In this document: one piece after another, positions 18,668-28,926 of the stretch | How positions within the stretch are numbered: position 1 is the stretch's first letter | Layout of the letters: each line of letters begins with the position of its first letter | From: an uncultured Bdellovibrionales bacterium | Lineage (GTDB): Bacteria; Bdellovibrionota_C; UBA2361; SZUA-149 | NCBI GenBank assembly: GCA_965366815.1 | Contig: CBDUGV010000005.1 | Span: 1-54,234, forward strand | Direction: 5' to 3' | DNA length: 54,234 bases | The notes under the pieces: model-generated | The model's database searches: none | What the model was told of the DNA's origin: nothing | Seen by the model: the letters and a program-made list of their open reading frames with translations, nothing else | Made by a program: the position numbers and the translations under genes

Positions 18668-19558
18668 ATGAAATCTGAGAAGATTCTCGAAGATCTACAA
18701 AACCGCTTAGGCCACCTAGAAGCCTTCTATGGGACCGCAAATCATGAACTCAGCCTAAAACTGGCCGATGCAGAGCGTAAGATTTTGCGGTTAGAACAGG
18801 CGCTTCTCGAAGTCGTGCGTCGAGCTCCACTCGAGGACATTGGCAGCGACGGACGCAACACGGCATTGTGGACCGTCGTCAAAGAGGCGATGGAGTCTGC
18901 ACAATCAAGCGATCCAAACCAGTACATGAAAGACTACTGGGATGTTTTGGCCAAAGCGAATCATCGGCATACGATTCTTGCCAGTTTCGATAACGACAAT
19001 GAGAGATTCTATTGCGAAGAAACTCCCTATCTCGATGGTTTTAACGAACAGTTTTCATTGTTCGATTCATCTTCTCGAGTCCTCGACGTTGGCTGCGGAG
19101 CCGGGCGCATTGTCTACGCGCTACGCAACCGTGTGAAGTCGATTGTCGGTGTAGACATCTCCGCAACGATGATCGAGTTGGCTCGCGAAGTTGCACCGGA
19201 AGAGCAATGTGAGTTTGTGGTGGGCAACGGCAAAGACTTGGCCTTCTTACCTGACAACTCTATAGATTTTGCGTATTCGCTCCTCGTCCTGCAGCATATG
19301 CGCCAAGACGTCATGTTCGACAACCTCAAAGAGGTTGCTCGAATTCTCGCACCGCAGGGCAAATTCCTCTTTAGCCTTCCTTCAGCTGGCGGCTACGATC
19401 ACCCCCGTGTCACAAGCGAAGACCTCTGGTCGGTTCAGATGTACGATCGAGCGGAAATAACTTCGCATCTTAGCGAATCAGGTCTTTCGCTCGTCGAAAT
19501 AGTGACTCGAGGGAATCAACATACTGTTGATGATTACTTTGTATTCGAGAAAAAGTAA
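18668..19558 (+). CDS. Class I SAM-dependent methyltransferase with N-terminal coiled coil
   Basis: VLDVGCGAGR, VGVDIS, DNSIDFAYSLLVLQH and RILAPQG motifs; heptad-like N-terminus. Confidence 0.85.
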   Translation: MKSEKILEDLQNRLGHLEAFYGTANHELSLKLADAERKILRLEQALLEVVRRAPLEDIGSDGRNTALWTVVKEAMESAQSSDPNQYMKDYWDVLAKANHRHTILASFDNDNERFYCEETPYLDGFNEQFSLFDSSSRVLDVGCGAGRIVYALRNRVKSIVGVDISATMIELAREVAPEEQCEFVVGNGKDLAFLPDNSIDFAYSLLVLQHMRQDVMFDNLKEVARILAPQGKFLFSLPSAGGYDHPRVTSEDLWSVQMYDRAEITSHLSESGLSLVEIVTRGNQHTVDDYFVFEKK

Positions 19559-19564
19559 TTGAGA

Positions 19565-20917
19565 TTACTTACGCAACTCGTCAATTGCCACGCGAAGAAT
19601 CTGTAATACGACTTTGTTCTCTTCAACCTGGAGACGAGCTTCAAGCTCGAGCAGTGCCATAGGATCTCCTGACGCGCCCAGTGCTCTGGCGGCGAATCCA
19701 CGCACAAGATATTCCTTATCATCAATCAAGTTGAGCAAGGCCGTCACTACTTCAGAGCGTTGCGAAGGCTTATACGTGCCGGGCTTGGAAAAAGTTTTCG
19801 CGACAGTCACCCGTACCAACATCGCCGGATTATCTACCAACTCCAACATTTTGCTTACCAGTATCGGATCTTGACGTTTCGCTGATTCCCGAACTGCCTT
19901 CTCCACGGTTGTGGGATTTGAGTCAGCAAGCAATTGAGCAAGTTGCTCTCGATTGAGCTTGCTCATATCGTTCGAATCGACAAGCTGTGAATCTTCATTG
20001 CTGGTGGCACTCGGTGCACTAGTCGCATTTGTTGTGGTGGCAGTGGTTGGAACCTGCTGAGTAACCACGACATCTGGTTCCGGAGAAGAAGTCTCTGGCT
20101 GCACATCGGCTGGACCTTCAGACGTTTGGGCAACAACAGCCTCAGACGAAGTCGTCTCAGGAGACTCACTTTCAGCAAGTGACTCTGAGGAGACCTCATC
20201 CTCGATTGTTCCTTCAGGTGGCTCCGAGTCCGACGAGGTAAAGAGTACCAATAGGAAAACGAAGGCGACTATACCGAGCAAAATACCGACATTTCGCAAA
20301 GTAAATACATCAGTTTGTTCCAGAACTTTGGGCGCAGTAGTTGGCGCATCTGAATCGGCATCACTGGGACTTGCAGCTTCAGTTGACTGCGAGCCATCTT
20401 TGCGAACGGTTTCGGGTAAAGCGAATTCGAACAAGGTTTGCGCCGAAAGTCGCTGATGAGCTTTCGTTTGGCCTCCCGCCTCAACCATTCGCGCGGCAGG
20501 AATCGCCGCTACAGCTGCTGCGGCCGCATCAGAAGTGTCCTTGCTATCGCTCGAATCACTAACCGCTACTTCGGCAGAATTTTTCTCTGTGTCGTCTTCT
20601 TCGGCCTCGGCCACTTGGCTCTCTTCAAGCCCTTTCTCTATCTCAGGCTCTTGCGGCAGCGACCCCGAGGCAGCCTCGACTTTCTCCGCCGTCTCTTGTG
20701 GCGCTTCTTCCGGCTCAAGCGAATCAGCTTCTTCTAGAACTACTTTCCCGGTATCTTCATCAATGGTGATTCTTCGAGAAGTGACGATGGTTTGTCCTAG
20801 AGCATCACCGGCAGCAGCTTTCGCAGCAGCAACATCTTCAGGCCGTTCTTTCTTATTGTCAGAGCTGCTCATAGTAACATCGTACAAATTGGGGGCTTTC
20901 TCAGCTGGAGAGCCCAA
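19565..20917 (-). CDS. Single-pass membrane protein with acidic disordered regions and C-terminal HEAT repeats
   Basis: TM VGILLGIVAFVFLLVLF; HEAT-like units DNPAMLVRVTVAKTF and DDKEYLVRGFAARALG. Start may be ATG 20872. Confidence 0.7.
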   Translation of the reverse strand: MGSPAEKAPNLYDVTMSSSDNKKERPEDVAAAKAAAGDALGQTIVTSRRITIDEDTGKVVLEEADSLEPEEAPQETAEKVEAASGSLPQEPEIEKGLEESQVAEAEEDDTEKNSAEVAVSDSSDSKDTSDAAAAAVAAIPAARMVEAGGQTKAHQRLSAQTLFEFALPETVRKDGSQSTEAASPSDADSDAPTTAPKVLEQTDVFTLRNVGILLGIVAFVFLLVLFTSSDSEPPEGTIEDEVSSESLAESESPETTSSEAVVAQTSEGPADVQPETSSPEPDVVVTQQVPTTATTTNATSAPSATSNEDSQLVDSNDMSKLNREQLAQLLADSNPTTVEKAVRESAKRQDPILVSKMLELVDNPAMLVRVTVAKTFSKPGTYKPSQRSEVVTALLNLIDDKEYLVRGFAARALGASGDPMALLELEARLQVEENKVVLQILRVAIDELRK

Positions 20918-21232
20918 GGCCTTCTCGATCTGCGCTCAGCATCTCGGAGTCTCCTCAAACCGAATAAACGATAATCTCTCTTGGAAATGAGATCAACCAC
21001 TAAAGACGAGGGAATCAGGCGATCCACTCACCTCAGCTATCACTCGCAAAATAACAGTCATTACAGGACTTTACAACATCTCATCCGATCAACGACGCTA
21101 TATTAAAAAAATACTACATTGTAGCTCATTCCCTGCATAACCTAGATACATGCTAAGTAGTCCAAGAGATTGCCTAAATCTCGAAGGATTGCAGGTAAAT
21201 AGGTTACGAAATATCAAACGAGGAATACTTGT

Positions 21233-21448
21233 ATGAACGCTGCGAAATGGTCGATAGGGGTTTTTGTAGTCTTCTTGATATTCTACTTCAGCGGCCCTGC
21301 TATATTCCGGGCCATGAAAAAGAAGGACTTTGATACGATTTATCATGGCATGCAGGACGCCAAACGCTCCGCTGGCGCCCACGTATACACTGGTCCATCA
21401 AAGAAGTGGCAGTCCTATTCGGAGCGATACGCGCGAGAGAGAAACTAG
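21233..21448 (+). CDS. Small membrane-anchored hypothetical protein (71 aa)
   Basis: GAGGA RBS, ATG start, N-terminal hydrophobic helix; fills an otherwise empty gap. Confidence 0.55.
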   Translation: MNAAKWSIGVFVVFLIFYFSGPAIFRAMKKKDFDTIYHGMQDAKRSAGAHVYTGPSKKWQSYSERYARERN

Positions 21449-21566
21449 TCGCCCCTCGAAGAGCCGATGAGCTCGGAAATATCGTAATTGCTCCCTCTGC
21501 TGACAACATTGACTTCCACTGCCAGCAAAGGGATATATACATTACAATACTAGATTTTTTATTGCG

Positions 21567-23741
21567 ATGATTTCTCTGCTTGGCATCTCTGTACTCTTTA
21601 CGGCTACGTTCCTAATAGTGCGGCGACTTCGTAGTGCTTTTTATCTAGCCCTTGCCGTTGGAAGTATTCTCCTTTCTTGCCTTCCGGCACTCTTATCGCA
21701 TCAAATACCAAACGAATATGCGGTATTTACTCTCTTTCCCCTCGCTGGCTGTCTCGGTGGCGTCTGGCTCCTCGTCTCCATGTATTTAACTCCTGAGGAA
21801 TCGCTGCGTTTGGTTCGACAGAGCGAACAGCGATTTCGAGATTTTGCTCGTTCCTGCTCAGACAATTTCTGGGAAATGGATTCCGACTTGCGATTCACGA
21901 TCGATATTGACTCCGACAACTCCCCCTCGCCTTCGAAAGCGGTTGGCAAGACTCGTTGGGAAGTCGCCGGGGCTGATCCAGAAACTGATGCCTATTGGCG
22001 ACAGCATAAAGAGGATCTCGAAGCCCGAAGAGCATTTCGCGATTTTTACTATTCGGCTGTTGAACCGAACAACCAATTAAAACATTGGAAGGTCAGCGGA
22101 ATGCCAATCTTCAGCAGCAACGGCGAATTCCGCGGCTACCGTGGCAGCGCCACTGAGATGACCGAAAGTATTCAGGCAAAGCAGCGCGCCCAAGAAGCAC
22201 AGTTGCGGCTCTATAATGCGATAGAGAATATCTCGGAAGGATTTATTCTCTGGGATGCAAACGATCGAGTTGTTTTATGTAATAGTCGGTACAAGGAGTT
22301 ATTTTCACCGATTCGAGAGTTTTGTGTGCCGGGAGCGAGTTGGGAGGATGGACTGCGTGCATTGGTTCAACAGGGGTTCTTCCCGCAACTCGAGGACAAA
22401 GCATCGCAGGAGTCCTTTATTGCTTCAAGAAAGCGACGCCGGCACTCCCCTCGAACCGAACCGTTTACTCAGTCTGTCATCGACAATCGATGGCTTCAAG
22501 TGATTGAGCGTCCGACCGGTGACGGTGGGATGGTCGGCATTTGGACGGATGTCACTGAGCTGAAACAAAGAGAACAAGAACTCGCCCATGCCCACAAGAT
22601 GGAGTTGGTTGGGCAGCTCACAGGCTCTATCGCCCATGATTTTAACAACTTCCTGGCGGTCATCCTCGGCAATCTCGAGTTGCTTAAATCTCGATTAGAC
22701 GAGAACGACAATAGAACGAAATTTGCCCAACGAAGCATTCGCGGCGCACAACGGGCAGCAGCACTCACTCAACGACTACTTGCATTTTCTCGAAAACAGG
22801 TTCTCCAACCTGAGCCAACTGACGTAACGAAACTCATTACTGGTATGAGAGAACTGCTGCAAGGCAGTGCTGGTGCTGGCATCGAAACGCGAATATCGTT
22901 TGACTCTGACCTCGCTCTCGCCGTTGTTGATCCCAATCAGCTAGAAACCGCACTGCTCAATCTCGTTCTCAATTCAAGAGATGCTATGCCGAAAGGGGGC
23001 GAGCTGTTGATTGAGGCAAAGAATTCGAAAAGCCAAGAGAGTGGTGGTCAAGAGAACGAATGCGTCATCATCTCTGTGAAAGATAACGGCGTCGGTATCC
23101 CAAGCGATATCAAAGAGAGAATTTTCGAACCGTTCTTCACGACCAAAGACACTGGAAAAGGCAGTGGCTTAGGACTGAGTATGGTTGAAGGGTTTATCCG
23201 CCAATCAAATGGTCGAGTGCGAATCCTCGACCATGGAAAACAAGGAACTTGTGTCGAACTCTCTCTACCGAAAGCGAATAGCCCCCAGGTCGAACGGCTC
23301 GAGCTCGAAACCGAACGCGACCTTCCGACCGGAAATGGCGAGCAGATCCTAGTGGTAGAAGATGATTTTCATGTTCGAGAGCTGACTGTAACCCTCTTAC
23401 TTGAATTCGGGTATCGAGTCACTGCAGTCGGCGACGGCCCTTCAGCTATTAAGATACTTGAAGAGCAACCAACCGAATTTAAGCTGTTGCTTACCGATGT
23501 CGTCCTTCCGCTCGGAATGAGTGGGCCCGAGATTACCGAGCGCGCTGTTGGTATCTGCCCTTCGCTCCCCGTGCTCTTTATGTCTGGGTATCCCCAAGTT
23601 GGAAAAAGCGAAAATACGCGATATGACATTACGCCGAATCTGATTCACAAACCCTTTCGCAAAGCAGAACTGGCGACGCGAGTTCGCTATGCGCTCGACC
23701 AATTCGAAGAACGGGCGCTACCCTCTGGTTCAAAAAGTTAG
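21567..23741 (+). CDS. Membrane-bound hybrid histidine kinase (TM-PAS-PAS-HisKA-HATPase-REC)
   Basis: H-box IAHDFNNFL, N-box LLNLVLNSRDAM, DNGVGI, FFTTK and GSGLGL; receiver ILVVEDD, LLLTDVVLP, FMSGY and HKPF. Confidence 0.93.
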   Translation: MISLLGISVLFTATFLIVRRLRSAFYLALAVGSILLSCLPALLSHQIPNEYAVFTLFPLAGCLGGVWLLVSMYLTPEESLRLVRQSEQRFRDFARSCSDNFWEMDSDLRFTIDIDSDNSPSPSKAVGKTRWEVAGADPETDAYWRQHKEDLEARRAFRDFYYSAVEPNNQLKHWKVSGMPIFSSNGEFRGYRGSATEMTESIQAKQRAQEAQLRLYNAIENISEGFILWDANDRVVLCNSRYKELFSPIREFCVPGASWEDGLRALVQQGFFPQLEDKASQESFIASRKRRRHSPRTEPFTQSVIDNRWLQVIERPTGDGGMVGIWTDVTELKQREQELAHAHKMELVGQLTGSIAHDFNNFLAVILGNLELLKSRLDENDNRTKFAQRSIRGAQRAAALTQRLLAFSRKQVLQPEPTDVTKLITGMRELLQGSAGAGIETRISFDSDLALAVVDPNQLETALLNLVLNSRDAMPKGGELLIEAKNSKSQESGGQENECVIISVKDNGVGIPSDIKERIFEPFFTTKDTGKGSGLGLSMVEGFIRQSNGRVRILDHGKQGTCVELSLPKANSPQVERLELETERDLPTGNGEQILVVEDDFHVRELTVTLLLEFGYRVTAVGDGPSAIKILEEQPTEFKLLLTDVVLPLGMSGPEITERAVGICPSLPVLFMSGYPQVGKSENTRYDITPNLIHKPFRKAELATRVRYALDQFEERALPSGSKS

Positions 23742-24724
23742 CGGTGAGCCGCACTTTGCTCCAGGCCAAGAGTCGTTCGAAGATCGCGAACCACCCCTTG
23801 CACACTATGCAGTTCACTCGCGTACCGATAGCCCGCGTCTACCTGGTGCCGGCGCTCTGCTGGATCTGACAATCGCAGGAGGGCATTGCTTAGTTCAGGA
23901 ATCTCGTTTTGCCCCAACCCCACCTTCGTGACAGTATCCTTTGGCAAGTCTCCCGCCCCGGAAAAATCGCTTACCACCACTGCCGCTCTCGCCATCATGC
24001 TGATCTGTACGTACGGACTTGGACTACCGTAAGCACTAAACAAACCATGAAATGAGATGTCGCAATTAGAAACCAATTGCTGCCAACGCTGGGGAGACCG
24101 CGAATTCTCCAGTTCTACCGGGATTTCGAACTCATTGCAGAGCTTCAGGGCTTCCGCCTTTTCATCGACTCCACACAACCAAAAAAAAGTATACGACCGC
24201 TCTAAGCGACGAAGCGCCGCAAACAAATGGGGGGCACGAAACTCTAATTCAGGACCACCGCAATAAGCAATACGTAGTTGAGCTGAGTTTGTTTCCTCAC
24301 GCAAAGAGTCCTCTATGGGACAAGGCACAAAGTGACAAGGTGGAAGATCTACGTCGCTCGCTTTTTTCGCCTCACGCAGATCGCGTTCATTTGAAAAGAG
24401 CACACAGTGCGCAGCCTGAATCTCTGGCAAAAATGTAGAAGCACCCTTCTCTCGCGGTCGACGATAGAAGTCGTGCACCCAAAGAGCTCCCGGACGGCGA
24501 TGGTGCTGCTCTCGAATAAACTCACAGCAGGACGCATCTTCCAGTTGATACAAAAAAAGGTCATATGAGTCATCAGGAGTGCAAGTTCCAGGGCTGCCGC
24601 TTTCGCCATACACATCAATCTGATGCGCACTGAGATGAGGAAGAAGGGTCTGACTCACATACGAGGAAGTGGAATCCGAAGCATCAAGGGGCGAGAACCA
24701 GGCAATTCGAAATGGTGCCGGCAT
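23738..24724 (-). CDS. Glycosyltransferase, GT-B/GT4-like (divergent)
   Basis: RIAWFSPL N-terminus, PGALWVHD, VVVSDFSGAGDL, and a GT-B-like C-terminal helix; coupled to the upstream methyltransferase. Confidence 0.6.
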   Translation of the reverse strand: MPAPFRIAWFSPLDASDSTSSYVSQTLLPHLSAHQIDVYGESGSPGTCTPDDSYDLFLYQLEDASCCEFIREQHHRRPGALWVHDFYRRPREKGASTFLPEIQAAHCVLFSNERDLREAKKASDVDLPPCHFVPCPIEDSLREETNSAQLRIAYCGGPELEFRAPHLFAALRRLERSYTFFWLCGVDEKAEALKLCNEFEIPVELENSRSPQRWQQLVSNCDISFHGLFSAYGSPSPYVQISMMARAAVVVSDFSGAGDLPKDTVTKVGLGQNEIPELSNALLRLSDPAERRHQVDAGYRYASELHSVQGVVRDLRTTLGLEQSAAHR

Positions 24725-24726
24725 CT

Positions 24727-25971
24727 TTACTCGACTTCCGCCAGGATAAAGTAGTCTTGATGGCCAAAGAGAAGCGCGTTCAATCGACGGACATTGTCGT
24801 TGATTCCCTCAACGGTCGATTTCCAGCGGGGAGGCATTGCTGCATCAAGTTCGATCTCCTGCAAGATTGCTGCAGAGGGGAAGGCTGACCGCTTCACTAC
24901 ACGCAACACTTTCAATCCAGCAAGTTCCATCAAATACTGCATAGTATCGGGATGCAGGGGCCAGACATGGGTAGGATCGCGAAAATAGTTCTGTGAGAGG
25001 GCAACCATTGACTCGGTATTAATTGTCTCGAAAACGATCTTGCCACCCGGAGCAACCTTTTCACGTGCGAGCTGCAGCAACTGTTTCAATTGGGCAAGCG
25101 ACAAATGTTCTATTACTTGAATGGCGATTAATCCACCAAGTGAATGCGCTGCAAGCTCAGACAGATGCCGCATTCCATCCCCGTGCTGTACATCGAGCCC
25201 TTTCTCCTCGCAGGCCTCAACCATCGCTTGGTCGAGTTCAATACCGTAGCTCGCAATACCTTTTGCACGAAACAGCTCTTGTAACTCTCCCCGCCCGGCA
25301 CCAATCTCAAGCACCGGCGAAACCGCGTTTGAGAAAATATCGGTAAACACCGACAACTGCTCAGCCACTCCTGACTCACTCCCACGAAAGCGGTTCTCGA
25401 GGAGAAGATAGGAGTAATCTACGTCCTGAGTCTCAGTCGCGGCTCGATTCGCTTCTTGGCTCTGAGAAACATTACCCTGACGCGCGACAATACGCTCCAG
25501 ACCACGTGCGACAGATTCTAATGTCTCAAGCTGATGAAGCTGTTGCTCTTGCGAAACCGCAATTGCAGAAATCTCTTTCGTTAGGCGTCGATCTTGCTCA
25601 CCTAACTGCTCAGCAAGCTGGGATTCCAGCTGATGAAGTGAGCCGCGCAGTTCATCATCCATACGCCACGTAGTCGTATCATGCACCTGGCATAGGGAAT
25701 TGAGCAATCGAACGAGCTGTGTCTGAAACTCTCTCTGATCTGTCAAATACTCGTCGAACAAAAATGAAAACAGCTTCCGACGCAGAAAGTCTTTTATCCT
25801 TCCGACCAGCCCCGTTTCAGGCGCAGACTCCGATCGCCCTCGCTGACAATGCTCATTGAGCGATCTAAGTTCGGCTGAATGCAAAAGCATCCGGGCCCCG
25901 GAGCTTGTAGAAGAATCGATATCAGGTCCTGTAGATTTCAATAGAGTAGATTTCAACGGACTGCCAGACAT
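24727..25971 (-). CDS. Coiled coil + class I SAM methyltransferase (surface polysaccharide-associated type)
   Basis: YLLLENRFRGS, VLEIGAGRGE, IQVIEHL, ETIN and YFRDPTH motifs; long N-terminal heptad region. Start moved to ATG 25971 to avoid overlap with the divergent HAD gene. Confidence 0.8.
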   Translation of the reverse strand: MSGSPLKSTLLKSTGPDIDSSTSSGARMLLHSAELRSLNEHCQRGRSESAPETGLVGRIKDFLRRKLFSFLFDEYLTDQREFQTQLVRLLNSLCQVHDTTTWRMDDELRGSLHQLESQLAEQLGEQDRRLTKEISAIAVSQEQQLHQLETLESVARGLERIVARQGNVSQSQEANRAATETQDVDYSYLLLENRFRGSESGVAEQLSVFTDIFSNAVSPVLEIGAGRGELQELFRAKGIASYGIELDQAMVEACEEKGLDVQHGDGMRHLSELAAHSLGGLIAIQVIEHLSLAQLKQLLQLAREKVAPGGKIVFETINTESMVALSQNYFRDPTHVWPLHPDTMQYLMELAGLKVLRVVKRSAFPSAAILQEIELDAAMPPRWKSTVEGINDNVRRLNALLFGHQDYFILAEVE

Positions 25972-26032
25972 GTTAGTAAGCTGTGAAGCTTTCTTAGAAA
26001 AACGATAATTATGTAGCATAAATCTTGCTAAG

Positions 26033-26710
26033 ATGAAACTTGTGCTTTTTGACATCGATGGCACGCTCTTACGCTGTGGAGATTCGCCAAAACGGGCCTT
26101 TGATAGAGCGTTTCTGAGCTATTTCTCTGTCCCACTCGCCTGGGGTCCGACAAAGGCACACGGGAGAACCGATCCGACTATCATACAAGAGATAGCTCAA
26201 GCGCAGCTGAAACGTTCACTAGACGACAATGAGTATGAAGAACTCAGTAAATTGTACGTTGCGAATCTCGAAGGTGAGTTGGCGAGAGATACCGTGTATC
26301 ACGTCCTGCCAGGAGTTGCTGAACTCCTGGCACGACTGGTCGAGGAACCGAATGTTGTCATCGGCATACAAACTGGCAACATGGAGCCCGCCGCTTGGCT
26401 AAAGCTTCGACGTGGGAACCTGGCACAATTCTTTGAATTTGGAGGCTTCGGTTCCGATCATCAGGAGCGCAGTGAGTTCATCCGACAGGCGATAGCACGG
26501 GCAGAGCGACTCACCTCCCGTGCTCAGTTCTCAGACATAACCGTCATTGGAGACGCGCCACAAGATATTCGAGCCGGACAGAAGGTGGGCGCAAGAGCTA
26601 TTGCAGTGAGCACCGGCTCAAGCCCCCAAGCAGAGCTTGCGGCATGCAAGCCGGATCTCCTCCTAGAGAATATGGCCGACACAGCTCGTTTGCTCAAAAT
26701 TCTTTTGTAA
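26033..26710 (+). CDS. HAD-superfamily hydrolase (phosphoglycolate phosphatase-like)
   Basis: LFDIDGTL, GRTD, TGN and VIGDAPQDI motifs. Confidence 0.9.
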   Translation: MKLVLFDIDGTLLRCGDSPKRAFDRAFLSYFSVPLAWGPTKAHGRTDPTIIQEIAQAQLKRSLDDNEYEELSKLYVANLEGELARDTVYHVLPGVAELLARLVEEPNVVIGIQTGNMEPAAWLKLRRGNLAQFFEFGGFGSDHQERSEFIRQAIARAERLTSRAQFSDITVIGDAPQDIRAGQKVGARAIAVSTGSSPQAELAACKPDLLLENMADTARLLKILL

Positions 26711-26789
26711 GATGCAAACACTTACCCGGTGATACGTTCAGATATCGCTCACCGTCTGAGCTATGTGTGAAGCAACTTTGGCATGACTA

Positions 26790-27176
26790 TTGATTAGTGG
26801 GCACCACGGGATCGTGGATACTCAGTATGTGGGGGTGTGGAAAGTGGCTGAGAAATGGACCCAGGTTGGGTCGCACACAAAATATTTTAATCTGTTAGAG
26901 CTCACCGAAGGTTGTAGCTTGAAACAATGTGTGGAGGCACATAAACGCCTCCTGCTCAAATGGCATCCCGACCGATTTCCCGAAGGAGATCCTCGCCGTG
27001 ATACCTCAATTCGAAAAATTCAAGAAATAAATACCGCATTCGACAAGCTGAGAGATGCATTTCACCAAGAGAACTCGATTCATTCGCAGGTCGAACAAGA
27101 GACGAGTCACGAAGAAAAACGTCTCCAGAAACTATCTCGTCTCCCTACCACGATCACAAAAGTCATCAACGACTAG
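26790..27176 (+). CDS. Small J-domain (DnaJ-like) protein
   Basis: YFNLLEL...HKRLLLKWHPDRF...IQEINTAFDKL with the HPD motif; start uncertain. Confidence 0.8.
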   Translation: MISGHHGIVDTQYVGVWKVAEKWTQVGSHTKYFNLLELTEGCSLKQCVEAHKRLLLKWHPDRFPEGDPRRDTSIRKIQEINTAFDKLRDAFHQENSIHSQVEQETSHEEKRLQKLSRLPTTITKVIND

Positions 27177-27189
27177 CTTGCTAGGCTAC

Positions 27190-27912
27190 CTATGGTGTAG
27201 GCATCGAACGCAAAGTGGTGCGAGCTTGGCGCGCCCACGCTCTCTCAGCTCGCTTGATATATTTGGGGGAATTTTCGTGATCAAGGAGTGCCTCTTCCAA
27301 CATCGTCCGAGCATCAGCTGTTTGATTCTCTTGCTGAAGAAATTGCGCGAGCATCAATGTATGTCGCAGCCGCTGACTCTTTCGAACTATTCGCTGCATC
27401 AACTCAATTGCTTTATCACGCTCATTTGTCTCCCAGTATGATTCTGCAAGACTCACTCCCGGAGAATAATCCTCGTAATTGAAATCTCGCTCGACTAATT
27501 CCTCGAGCGCCTGTATCGCCTCTTGTGTCTGCTTCGTCTCCATCAAACATCGCGCTAGACCAAACAAGGCTCGTTTCTCATCAGAATCGGTCTGCAAGAT
27601 TTCCTTAAACAAGTCAGCGGATTGCTGAAAATTTCCGTGGTCATGAAGCGCCTGAGCGAAGAGCAATCGATTCTGCAAACTCGGACTTCGAGTAGCCCGA
27701 TACTCAAGCTCTTTGAGCGTAACTTTCTTTCTGAGAAATGTGCCGCGTAATCGCTGGAATTGTGGATCGTGAATCTTATGGGTGAAGAAATAAGCCCATT
27801 CTCCAAACGGCATAAGAATAATCCAATACCAATGGGCACGTACCCCGCGGTTAACCGCGTCAATCAGCATCCATATCGAAAAAGCAGACTGAAGTACAAA
27901 TAATATATGCAT
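27190..27912 (-). CDS. Membrane-anchored tetratricopeptide-repeat protein
   Basis: Two N-terminal hydrophobic segments (W..IIL.P.G...Y pattern) then TPR-like helices (LLFAQALHDHGNFQQS, ALFGLARCLME). Start at ATG 27912. Confidence 0.8.
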   Translation of the reverse strand: MHILFVLQSAFSIWMLIDAVNRGVRAHWYWIILMPFGEWAYFFTHKIHDPQFQRLRGTFLRKKVTLKELEYRATRSPSLQNRLLFAQALHDHGNFQQSADLFKEILQTDSDEKRALFGLARCLMETKQTQEAIQALEELVERDFNYEDYSPGVSLAESYWETNERDKAIELMQRIVRKSQRLRHTLMLAQFLQQENQTADARTMLEEALLDHENSPKYIKRAERAWARQARTTLRSMPTP

Positions 27913-28003
27913 AGATACGTCTGTGCCCGTTGTTCGTATCAATCATCGGCGAAACGCCGAGAATTGTTGACCTCTATTTTCTATACCTATTTTTTGAATA
28001 ATT

Positions 28004-28138
28004 ACACTAAGCTAATGCGACTAAGCTAATTCGACACTGCGCTAATGCAACACTGCACTAATGCAACACTGAGCTAATGCAACACTGAGCTAATGCAACA
28101 CTGAGCTAATGCAACACTGAGCTATTCCAACAACGAGC
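28004..28138. repeat. Intergenic minisatellite, about 8 copies of 16-bp GCTAATGCAACACTGA
   Basis: Three exact units at 28073-28120; variant units at 28011 (14 bp), 28025, 28041, 28057 and 28121; no spacers. Confidence 0.95.
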
Positions 28139-28158
28139 GTTGAGTTACATGTCGCATT

Positions 28159-28863
28159 CTACAGAAGGGTGCCGACATAGACAGTCCACACAGGCTCGCC
28201 CACTCGAGTATCATAGGGAGGACCGGCCTCTACCCCATCTGCGGGGACACAAATCTCCTGACGCTCAACTTCCATTCCTGCGTCGGTAAATGCAGCCAGG
28301 TACTTTTCAGCGGGAGGATAAAATTCCCGGATCAAGCTCTCACCAGCGGGAACGCAACGAGCATAGGGGCCTTCATCAGTCTTAGGTTCATACAAGGACT
28401 CTGCCCAGTCAGTATTAATGACGGCAACTAACACCCGACCTCCACGACGGACAACTCTCGCAAATTCAGAAATCGTTTTAACGGAAATCTCTGGAGGCAG
28501 GTGCATCAAAACGCTGATACAAATAACCCAATCAAACGAATGAGACTCGAGATCAAATGGTCTCGTCAAATCGAGACTGCGAAACTCTACGCGATCATCT
28601 GCAACACGTGATCTGCCTCGTGCAAGCAGCTCTTCGTTGACATCCCCCGCAGTAATTGTACTCGGTTCGAGTCGACATAGGCGTTTCGTAAACCCTCCCG
28701 GGCCACAACCAGCTTCCAACACGCGACTATTCGCAATGCCGTTTTCCGCCAGGTAGGATAAAACTCCACGATGAAGAATGCGATGAGTGAGAGCGCCTTG
28801 GATCTGAAAGATGGCGTTGGCAAACTTGCCCTCTTTCGGTTTGACGTATTCGTTCCCGCTCAT
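28159..28863 (-). CDS. Class I SAM-dependent methyltransferase
   Basis: VLEAGCGPG, SFDWVICISVLMHL and RVVRRGG motifs; GAGGAG RBS before ATG 28863. Confidence 0.85.
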   Translation of the reverse strand: MSGNEYVKPKEGKFANAIFQIQGALTHRILHRGVLSYLAENGIANSRVLEAGCGPGGFTKRLCRLEPSTITAGDVNEELLARGRSRVADDRVEFRSLDLTRPFDLESHSFDWVICISVLMHLPPEISVKTISEFARVVRRGGRVLVAVINTDWAESLYEPKTDEGPYARCVPAGESLIREFYPPAEKYLAAFTDAGMEVERQEICVPADGVEAGPPYDTRVGEPVWTVYVGTLL

Positions 28864-28926
28864 AGGCTCCTCTCTTCTGCTACGCTCCAGAATACCGCGC
28901 CCAGGTCCAGAATTCAATAATTCAGT

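Noticed and set aside
28004-28138. CRISPR array
   Set aside because: Units are 16 bp and head-to-tail with no unique spacers; no cas genes in the window.
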